DNA from: a virus
Taxonomy: Duplodnaviria; Caudoviricetes
IMG/VR virus record: IMGVR_UViG_3300005934_000002
Span: 20,783 to 84,782 of that record
Direction: 5' to 3' (one strand)
DNA length: 64,000 bases
A program made the position numbers and the translations under genes. This document shows positions 57,509 through 64,000 of this stretch, one piece after another (within the stretch, counting starts at the first letter, position 1; every line of letters starts with the position of its first letter). The notes below the pieces were generated by a model. That model was not told the DNA's origin and made no database searches. It worked only from the letters and a program-made list of their open reading frames with translations.

Positions 57509-58488
57509 TATACGTACCTTGCATTTAAAGGTTCGCTATAACTTTGTACTTGCTCTGCAATCCTATTAAGTTCGTGTTTTGCACAAAACTTCATTAATTT
57601 AATTCCTACCTGTGATACTTCTTTAGGTTTACTATTATCCGCAATAACTTGTGCTAAGACTTGTTTAATCTCATCTGGTTGTGCAGTTAAATCACAAAGT
57701 GTTACATTACGCTGATAGTCTTCAAGTACTCTGTGTTCTTTACCTTCATGATCGACCCAACGTTGTAGCATTAAGTTATTCCAGTTATAACCTTTAGATT
57801 CTTTATCGTCAAATGCTTCCATTAAGCCTACTTTACTCTTTGTGCCTTTTACTCGAACACCTGGATATGCACTAAACACATTGTCGCTCGTATCACCTCG
57901 CATACACTTTTCAAATAGTAACCATTGTGGGTTAGGTGCCGGCTTTGGCTCTTTAGTTTTCTTATCAATTACATGATTACCTTTCTTATCAAAATAACCT
58001 TCATGTGTAATTGTTACATCTTGAACACCATTGTACTGCTTTACATTGGGAGCAATTAATTGTGCAAAATCTCCGTCAGTTGAAATAATAACATGGTTGT
58101 CATTAGGGTGTGATTGTATCCAACCAGCGATTAAATCATCTGCTTCAAGTTGCGGGTGATGTAAAACAGTACAATTAGTTTTGTTTGAAATAAATTCTTT
58201 AAACTCATCAAACATTTCCCAGAATACTTCTTCTTCCTCTTGCTGACTTGCAGTAAGAGCCGCACGAGCATCACTTCTATTTCTTTTGTAAGGTTCGTAA
58301 TAATCTTTACGCCAACTACGACCTTCAAGACAAAAAATAACATGACTGCCGTCGAAGTCTTGCCATGCTTTACGAATACCATTAAGAGTAATATGAAAAG
58401 CCATACCTACTTTATCTGTAAGGTTACCTCTTACAACGTGTCTTGCACGAAAGAAAGTATTAGCGGTGTCTACAAGAATATAATTCAT
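57508..58488 (-). CDS. rnh: T4 RNase H-type 5'-3' exonuclease
   Basis: ILVDTAN, SWRKDYYEPYKRNR, EADDLIA, IISTDGDFAQL, MRGDTSDNV. Confidence 0.9.
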   Translation of the reverse strand: MNYILVDTANTFFRARHVVRGNLTDKVGMAFHITLNGIRKAWQDFDGSHVIFCLEGRSWRKDYYEPYKRNRSDARAALTASQQEEEEVFWEMFDEFKEFISNKTNCTVLHHPQLEADDLIAGWIQSHPNDNHVIISTDGDFAQLIAPNVKQYNGVQDVTITHEGYFDKKGNHVIDKKTKEPKPAPNPQWLLFEKCMRGDTSDNVFSAYPGVRVKGTKSKVGLMEAFDDKESKGYNWNNLMLQRWVDHEGKEHRVLEDYQRNVTLCDLTAQPDEIKQVLAQVIADNSKPKEVSQVGIKLMKFCAKHELNRIAEQVQSYSEPLNARYV

Positions 58489-58643
58489 TTTACGTCCTTA
58501 AGATATTTTTCTTCATACCATTTTGCAAATTCAGGATTAGTTTGCATTGTTTCATAAACCTGCTTCGCACTTAATTGATCAGATCTAATACAATCCGCTA
58601 ACGCTTGATACTCGTCAGGCTTATATTTAGGATCTTTAAACAT
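58485..58643 (-). CDS. Small ORF absent from the track (52 aa, MFKDPKYKPDEYQALADCIRSDQLS...)
   Basis: Translated by hand; fills the gap exactly, ATGA-coupled to rnh, and lies 6 nt downstream of a consensus -10. Confidence 0.7.
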   Translation of the reverse strand: MFKDPKYKPDEYQALADCIRSDQLSAKQVYETMQTNPEFAKWYEEKYLKDVK

Positions 58644-58649
58644 GACTTT

Positions 58650-58678
58650 ATTATACTATTTCTTGGCGTTGTTGTCAA
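58650..58678 (-). promoter_or_regulatory. Sigma70-type promoter
   Basis: Perfect TTGACA (58678-58673) - 17 nt - TATAAT (58655-58650). Confidence 0.85.
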
Positions 58679-59366
58679 CCGGTTTTTGTGCCTTATCTTG
58701 AATTTCAGTAAGTACTTCTTTATTCATAAAAGGAATAGCGTTCATTTCTTCATGATTAAAACTTCCAGTAAGTCTTAAGTCAAATGCAACACTAATACGT
58801 AAATCGTCTCTTGTATGTGGTTCTACATAGTGTGGAGTAGAACTTGGAAACATTACACAACCACCTTTTTTATTTGGTAAAGCAATTTTTGATTCAGGAT
58901 CATATGGAGAATGATAAACAGTTCGTGTATGATAATCTCCAAAATGCATATTACCACTTAAATAAGAATCAGGTTGTGCTCCGTGAGCGTGTGACTCCAT
59001 ACCTTCATCTTTTCTTAAAATATTTGCCCAACATACAATTTGTAAATCTTTTAATTCAATTTGGGCGTTTTGTACATATTCAAGATATGAATATCTTAAG
59101 AATGTAATTAATTCTTTAAATGCAGGTTCATCTTGGTCAAGTAAATTATATCTACCAAATCTTGTAGTAATATGTTTTTTATCTAACCCTGTACCACCTG
59201 TGTTAGTGTATTCGTAATCAAGTATTGTTTTTTCGTTATCTTCAATCCATTTATAAATTTTATCTACTTGATCTAAATCAGTCCAATTAGTTAACCAAAG
59301 AGGAATATTCCAACTTGGTGCAAACTCTGTAACTGGATGATAACTTTTAATTCTTACTAAAGACAT
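58656..59366 (-). CDS. Putative Fe(II)/2OG oxygenase (HxH type)
   Basis: WANI...ESHAH...LSGNMH...VMFPSSTPHYV...RISVAFD. Confidence 0.75.
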   Translation of the reverse strand: MSLVRIKSYHPVTEFAPSWNIPLWLTNWTDLDQVDKIYKWIEDNEKTILDYEYTNTGGTGLDKKHITTRFGRYNLLDQDEPAFKELITFLRYSYLEYVQNAQIELKDLQIVCWANILRKDEGMESHAHGAQPDSYLSGNMHFGDYHTRTVYHSPYDPESKIALPNKKGGCVMFPSSTPHYVEPHTRDDLRISVAFDLRLTGSFNHEEMNAIPFMNKEVLTEIQDKAQKPVDNNAKK

Positions 59367-59734
59367 TACTTAACCTCCGCTTTGCCGTCACCTAAATTTT
59401 TTGTGTTGATATAACCTGCGCCTCTGTCAGTATTCATACCTTCTTCTGCAAGAACATTTCTTGCAAGATCTTTAAACCACATATCAACAATCTCTTCGTT
59501 TGTTTCACCTTTGTATCCAGCATCAAGAAGTTGTTCGATAAACTCATTGTTCCAATCAAGTTCAAAGAATCCATTTCTAATATTATCTTTGTTGACTTGT
59601 GTATCAAGTACACCAACCCAAGGTTTTTTAGCCTTTGTTGCGGCTTCTTTTTCTTTTAACATTAAATCACGATGCGAAAGTTCTTTCGTATCTGTTGATT
59701 TCTTTTTAAACATATTTTTAAGTTTATCCATCAT
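59366..59734 (-). CDS. Hypothetical protein (122 aa)
   Basis: Clean ORF, TAATG-coupled. Confidence 0.65.
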   Translation of the reverse strand: MMDKLKNMFKKKSTDTKELSHRDLMLKEKEAATKAKKPWVGVLDTQVNKDNIRNGFFELDWNNEFIEQLLDAGYKGETNEEIVDMWFKDLARNVLAEEGMNTDRGAGYINTKNLGDGKAEVK

Positions 59735-59773
59735 AATCCAGCCTTTCTTGCTTTATCATCTAAATTTTCTTGC

Positions 59774-60658
59774 TTACGTTCCCCATGCGTTTCCGAAGAT
59801 GTCGACGTGTAGTCTGGGTGTATACCTCCAGCCTCGCTCCATTGCCAATCCTGCAACTCGTCGTGTGTTGAGTTTGTATTCTTCCGACCTACCACCGAGA
59901 GGCATAACATATACAGGGCAATCAATTCCTTCTTTGCGGTATTCATCAACTGCTTTAGTAACTTCGTCCACATCTTGTTCATCAGCCACGACAAACTTGA
60001 AATACATATTACTCCCAGGTACATCGTAGTAACTACGAGCAATTTCAGGCTTGATAGCAGAACTCCAACTTTCGCCTGAAACGGAAAGTTTCGGAGAGCA
60101 ACTAAAAGTAATTTCGAATCTGTCTTGAGATCCGAGATAATCTCTGAAATCGTCTCTAAGAGTTTGTGTTGTATTTGTTTCAAATGTAACATTTTTAAGG
60201 TCTCTCATCTTTTGGTGTTCGAACAAGTCAATATATAATCTTTGCCATCCAAGCAAAGGTTCGCCACCTGTTAATATAAAATGGACATCTTGTCCATTTG
60301 ACATAGTCCATTTGCCTTCGGGTGTTAAACTTAACACATAGTCAACGACTTCGTCAACAGTGTGATCCTTCATATACTTTTTAAATTCAGGGTAGATACT
60401 TGCATAAGTATCACAACCTGTATGTATAATAGGCAAGTCCTCAAACTTGTCAACTTTTTCTGTAATACCCGAGTCTAATAATTCTTTGACTTCTGGATTA
60501 TATTTAACTCCAGTATCACGCATTGGAGTACCTCTTGGTAATCCAAAATTCATACAACGAAAGTTACAACCAAAGGTACGTAGAAATACGCTCGGTACTC
60601 CTACAAATCTACCTTCACCTTGTACAGAATAAAATGCTTCTGAATATCTTAGTTTCAT
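59774..60658 (-). CDS. queE: 7-carboxy-7-deazaguanine synthase QueE (radical SAM)
   Basis: FYSVQGEG..VGVPSVFLRTFGCNFRC...GCDT, TGGEP, ETN, SPKL, PRLH; close to folE. Confidence 0.9.
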   Translation of the reverse strand: MKLRYSEAFYSVQGEGRFVGVPSVFLRTFGCNFRCMNFGLPRGTPMRDTGVKYNPEVKELLDSGITEKVDKFEDLPIIHTGCDTYASIYPEFKKYMKDHTVDEVVDYVLSLTPEGKWTMSNGQDVHFILTGGEPLLGWQRLYIDLFEHQKMRDLKNVTFETNTTQTLRDDFRDYLGSQDRFEITFSCSPKLSVSGESWSSAIKPEIARSYYDVPGSNMYFKFVVADEQDVDEVTKAVDEYRKEGIDCPVYVMPLGGRSEEYKLNTRRVAGLAMERGWRYTPRLHVDIFGNAWGT

Positions 60659-60825
60659 TCTTTCACCTGTACTAAAGGCTCGTTAATATAAGAATCGTGG
60701 TAATCACCGTTTTTTTGATATTGACGTACACTTGTATCTTTAACAAGCATTCCGTCTTTAACAGTGTAGGTAGTGTATTCTGCTTTGATTACACCTTCCT
60801 TAGATCTTTCAATATGTTGTTTCAT
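60655..60825 (-). CDS. Hypothetical protein (56 aa)
   Basis: ATG 60825 with GAGGAAGG RBS preferred over the track start; ATGA-coupled to queE. Confidence 0.6.
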   Translation of the reverse strand: MKQHIERSKEGVIKAEYTTYTVKDGMLVKDTSVRQYQKNGDYHDSYINEPLVQVKE

Positions 60826-60835
60826 AGGTCCTTCC

Positions 60836-61522
60836 TCAATCACGTGCAAACTCCTGTTGTAATTTAATATTGTCCATAAACTCTTTCTTGGTACCTGGAT
60901 CATCAGCAAATGCACCTTTAAGCACAGTTGTTTGTGTTAAACTACTTTTTGCTCCAATACCTCTGTTCTCACAGCAACCATGTGTTGCTTGGACATATAC
61001 ACCTACGTTTTCAGAACCTGTTGCTCTCATAATCTCACGAGCAATATCATTGTTTAGTTCTTCTTGTAGTGTACCACGTCTTGCACACCATTGTGCAATT
61101 CTTGTGTACTTTGATAAACCAATAAGTGTTTCTGCGGCAATAATACCAATGTATGCTACACCATTTACTGGTTGGTGATGATGTGAACACATACTCTTAA
61201 GTTCACTTCTTACAACCAACATACCTTTGTAACCATCATCTACATGATTAGGAAACGCAGTTGCATTAGGTATAGGTTCATACCTACCACTCATTATTTC
61301 ATTGTAATACATTTTTGCAAGACGTCTTGCAGTATCTTGGGAATTTGGATCGTTGTATCGATCAATAATTAACCTATCAAGAACAGATTCAAATGCTTCT
61401 GTGGCTTCGTCAATAAGTGCTTCTTTATCACCTTTATAAATGAATTCACTAATATTATCGCCTGCCCAATAACGCTTGTTTGCGTCTTTGATTCTGCGTG
61501 TTACTTCTTCATATTTTTTCAA
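60836..61522 (-). CDS. folE: GTP cyclohydrolase I
   Basis: TARRLAKMY, SMCSHH, GLSKYTRI, LQEEL, HGCCENRG (Zn ligands); TTG start with GGAG RBS. Confidence 0.92.
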   Translation of the reverse strand: MKKYEEVTRRIKDANKRYWAGDNISEFIYKGDKEALIDEATEAFESVLDRLIIDRYNDPNSQDTARRLAKMYYNEIMSGRYEPIPNATAFPNHVDDGYKGMLVVRSELKSMCSHHHQPVNGVAYIGIIAAETLIGLSKYTRIAQWCARRGTLQEELNNDIAREIMRATGSENVGVYVQATHGCCENRGIGAKSSLTQTTVLKGAFADDPGTKKEFMDNIKLQQEFARD

Positions 61523-61566
61523 TTTACTTCTCCGAGTTATAGACGTGGATGTCTATTATTGTTTAC

Positions 61567-61595
61567 ATTATATACTTTATTTAGGTTTTTGTCAA
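61567..61595 (-). promoter_or_regulatory. Sigma70-type promoter for folE-queE
   Basis: Perfect TTGACA (61595-61590) - 17 nt - TATAAT (61572-61567). Confidence 0.85.
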
Positions 61596-61607
61596 GTATA
61601 TTATACA

Positions 61608-61814
61608 TCAAAAATACTTTTTGAGTACTTCTAATTGATCATCGTAGTCTGCAATAATACGCAATTCTTTTTCAATAGTTTCCAAAGTATCTGGATGTTC
61701 TGCTACACCTGCTGTATTTTGCATAAGAATTTCTACGTTGATTCTATGCTTTTCGATGTGTCCTTTTGCGTGTTCAATTACTGCACTTTTGATTGCTTCT
61801 CTTAAATCAGCCAT
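61608..61814 (-). CDS. Hypothetical protein (68 aa)
   Basis: Clean ORF with AAGGGA upstream. Confidence 0.65.
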   Translation of the reverse strand: MADLREAIKSAVIEHAKGHIEKHRINVEILMQNTAGVAEHPDTLETIEKELRIIADYDDQLEVLKKYF

Positions 61815-61815
61815 T

Positions 61816-61902
61816 TTAATTTCCCTTTCTAACTATGTTTAGCAAATATGATTTTAACCAAAAAAGTAATACAAAAAATATTAATACTAATAATTCGATC
61901 AT
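61816..61902 (-). CDS. Putative 28-aa single-pass membrane peptide (MIELLVLIFFVLLFWLKSYLLNIVRKGN)
   Basis: Translated by hand; ATGA overlap with the upstream stop, and its own stop lies 1 nt before the next ATG. Confidence 0.5.
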   Translation of the reverse strand: MIELLVLIFFVLLFWLKSYLLNIVRKGN

Positions 61903-62705
61903 AATCCTATTTGGGTTACAAATTCATTTGCAATTAGATTATGAGCATCTAAATTAAAATGTTCATCGTCAATTGTAAATGAATCTATTGCTCCTTTACC
62001 TTCCAAAAACTGTCTAACGTTTTGGTTAGCAACTTTACCATAAGAACAATCACCAATGATATTTAGATCATTTGGCAACCAAGTGTTCTCATTAATGGCA
62101 AAGATTTTTAACTTTGCATTATTTTCTTTGCAAAGTGTATTCCAAAGATATACTTCTTTGAAAAAACTTCTTTGTGATACGACAGTCATTAACTCATACC
62201 ATGCTTTAATTCTTTGGTAACCATCTGTTTGTATGTTAGGGTCTTGCAAATCAAACGGTTCAAAAGTAAAACCAATTGAAGGGTTAACAGCATAATCACC
62301 TGCAACTGTAATACGACCACCATCAAAACTTTTACCTTCATCGTGCCACATATTAATATTGTAGCAGTCGATACGTCCTTTTGTTTCTTCTAAGTTCATA
62401 TGACGCTCAAGTGGTACTATATTTTCATAGTGACAGGGATTTGAAAATCCAAATCTAAATCTATTCCAATATGTTTGTTGTATAATAACTTCGTCTATAT
62501 CGTTATACTTCTTGAATAGAAAAGCAAGTCTTTCACTGTAATCATACCAACCACGTCCAGGACAAGCAAAAATTACACCATCTTTGTTTTGATTGTTGAT
62601 ATAAATTTCTGCCCAGTTGTTTTCATTCCAACGGTCTCGTGTACCTTCGGTTTGAGAGTAACTATACCCTGCACTATGACTACAACCTATTATTGCTGTT
62701 CTCAA
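61899..62705 (-). CDS. SGNH/GDSL-like protein
   Basis: AIIGCSHSAG...DDEHF; probable TTG start at 62705 (TTGA overlap, AAGGA RBS). Confidence 0.5.
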   Translation of the reverse strand: MRTAIIGCSHSAGYSYSQTEGTRDRWNENNWAEIYINNQNKDGVIFACPGRGWYDYSERLAFLFKKYNDIDEVIIQQTYWNRFRFGFSNPCHYENIVPLERHMNLEETKGRIDCYNINMWHDEGKSFDGGRITVAGDYAVNPSIGFTFEPFDLQDPNIQTDGYQRIKAWYELMTVVSQRSFFKEVYLWNTLCKENNAKLKIFAINENTWLPNDLNIIGDCSYGKVANQNVRQFLEGKGAIDSFTIDDEHFNLDAHNLIANEFVTQIGL

Positions 62706-63172
62706 CTTGCTTCCTTTATCCTTGCTTCGATGCCGCCGTGAATAGTCCAATTACAACCATCACTGTCATAACCTCTTTCGGTTAAAAACTCATATCTTCC
62801 TTGCCAGTTTTCACTTTCAAGTTGTGCTTCATAATCTTCGTTTAATTTATCTTGCTCTTCTTCTGTAAAGTGATTTCCAAAGAAAACAAAATCTTCTGCA
62901 CAACCATCAAATGTGTCCCATAACTCTATAATATCATAATCTTCATAGTCCCAAACTTCGCCATCTTCTCCTAAAGACTCTTGCAAAAACTGTGCTTCGT
63001 CTTCATTCTGTGGAGTAACAAGAAATGTTCCATTACGCCATAACACCTCTGTGTTTAATCTTTTACCAGTGTCAGAGTGCTCAAACATTTCAACTTCTAC
63101 TAAACTCTTTTTTCGATAAGCAGTAATTTCATAAGTTTTTCCAACTTCAATAGTTTCTACAGTATCAGACAT
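62702..63172 (-). CDS. Hypothetical acidic protein
   Basis: ATG 63172 overlapping the HIT stop (TAATG). Confidence 0.6.
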   Translation of the reverse strand: MSDTVETIEVGKTYEITAYRKKSLVEVEMFEHSDTGKRLNTEVLWRNGTFLVTPQNEDEAQFLQESLGEDGEVWDYEDYDIIELWDTFDGCAEDFVFFGNHFTEEEQDKLNEDYEAQLESENWQGRYEFLTERGYDSDGCNWTIHGGIEARIKEAS

Positions 63173-63576
63173 TATACACAATCTCCTATGTCTTGAAATA
63201 GACTTGGTTGTCTCGGATCAGGAAGAGCATACTTTTGCATATGCGGAATAACACCACGTACACCACCTTTAGGATCTGCCATATCGCCTTTGCGTCTTGG
63301 AATTAAATGTACGTGTGGCCACATTACAGTTTGTCCTGCTTCTTTGCCTACATTCTGTCCAATGTTATATGAATCACAGTAACCTTTCTGTACCCAATCA
63401 TAACCCCAAGCATATGCGGCCTTATAACACTTTTCTAATTTTTCCCAAGTTTCTTCTTTAGGAACAAAAAGAATATGTCCTTCTGTAACCGGAAAGCCAT
63501 CGCGAAATACAGTATAATCTCTTGTGTCAATTAACACATCCTTCCATGGTATATCGTTAAAAGTTTTAATATTCAC
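63172..63576 (-). CDS. HIT-family nucleotide hydrolase
   Basis: FPVTEGHILFVPK...AGQTVMWPHVHLIPR histidine-triad motif. Confidence 0.9.
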   Translation of the reverse strand: MNIKTFNDIPWKDVLIDTRDYTVFRDGFPVTEGHILFVPKEETWEKLEKCYKAAYAWGYDWVQKGYCDSYNIGQNVGKEAGQTVMWPHVHLIPRRKGDMADPKGGVRGVIPHMQKYALPDPRQPSLFQDIGDCV

Positions 63577-64000
63577 CTACATTCTCCCAAGGGTAAACAA
63601 GCCAAACATCTTCTTCGGCTTTATTAACTTCATCGCAATGATATGACACACTGTCAAACTCACTACTTAGGTTTTCTGTTAATACTGCAAAGCGGACATT
63701 GTTACCCCAAACATCATTCCATGCTTCTGAAGAAGGTAAACAACCGCTCGGCCAATCTTGTTTAATCCATTTAAATGTGGCGCCTGTATCGTTAATATCA
63801 TCTACAATAAGAATTTTTTTACGTTTGTCTGCGTTTGTTTTATTGTGTCCCATTGCAGGATCATAATAATCTTTATCATCATAACCATATGCATCTTCGC
63901 TCATCCATGCATTACTTTCTAAATGACTATCATCGTCACGTAGTGCAACCTTAAGTGCTTCACAACGAATGCCTGTCATGTTTGAAATAATAGTAGCAGG
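63566..64000 (-). CDS. Type I phosphoribosyltransferase (5' end beyond the window)
   Basis: PRPP-binding ILIVDDINDTGAT and WLVYPWE; frame stays open to 64000 (PATIISN precedes the track Met). Confidence 0.85.
   Translation of the reverse strand, partial: PATIISNMTGIRCEALKVALRDDDSHLESNAWMSEDAYGYDDKDYYDPAMGHNKTNADKRKKILIVDDINDTGATFKWIKQDWPSGCLPSSEAWNDVWGNNVRFAVLTENLSSEFDSVSYHCDEVNKAEEDVWLVYPWENVGEY

Noticed and set aside
59731-60192. 153-aa same-strand alternate-frame ORF overlapping queE, as a possible frameshift extension
   Set aside because: QueE ends normally (RLHVDIFGNAWGT-stop); no slippery site identified; translation looks non-protein-like.
21295-61178. Short nested ORFs within enzyme genes (e.g. 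21535-21861, 29635-29952, 57183-57569, 59511-60029)
   Set aside because: Overlap recognised genes on the opposite strand and show no recognisable protein features.
61523-61566. Canonical preQ1-I riboswitch call for the folE leader
   Set aside because: The 6-nt loop and short non-A-rich tail do not fit the known consensus; kept only as an unclassified candidate.
1-64000. CRISPR array, tRNA or rRNA genes
   Set aside because: Intergenic gaps are at most about 130 nt with no repeat-spacer pattern; GTTCGA-like strings (about 19765, 30092) lie inside CDSs without a cloverleaf.
1-64000. Stop-codon reassignment as seen in some jumbo phages
   Set aside because: Genes are full length and tightly coupled under code 11; TAA, TAG (14751, 22715, 38759) and TGA all terminate genes.
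1-64000. Host or taxonomic assignment
   Set aside because: No capsid, terminase, polymerase or host-diagnostic gene in the window; low GC and many 2OG oxygenases are only suggestive.

Overview
AT-rich, densely coding 64 kb segment of a large tailed dsDNA phage (jumbo, T4-like late regulation inferred; host not determinable). Standard genetic code. Three blocks. (1) 1-17206, + strand: a 5'-truncated >3300 aa baseplate/structural protein, three paralogous tail-fibre genes sharing an N-terminal module, and two further putative virion genes. (2) 17232-49002: an island of about 40 tailoring-type enzymes in five apparent transcription units behind TAAATA-type late motifs, bracketed by fibre/virion genes. 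It holds 8 radical SAM enzymes with SPASM/twitch-like Cys motifs (4 with the motif N-terminal), 8 Fe(II)/2OG-type oxygenases, several glycosyltransferase-like proteins, a nucleotide-sugar dehydrogenase, an amidinotransferase, two PLP aminotransferases, a QueC-like PP-loop enzyme, a methyltransferase, two SDRs, an APH-like kinase, a HAD phosphatase, a nucleotidyltransferase and a GNAT-like protein. (3) 48999-64000, - strand: a fibre-like gene, then genes under near-perfect sigma70 promoters (MoxR ATPase + VWA partner, thermonuclease, ParB-like, RNase H-type 5'-3' exonuclease, queE, folE, HIT, PRTase). The island is the best candidate for an undescribed system; its product (virion glycan/protein decoration, DNA hypermodification or a small molecule) is inference only. 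All family calls come from motif recognition by eye; no searches were run.
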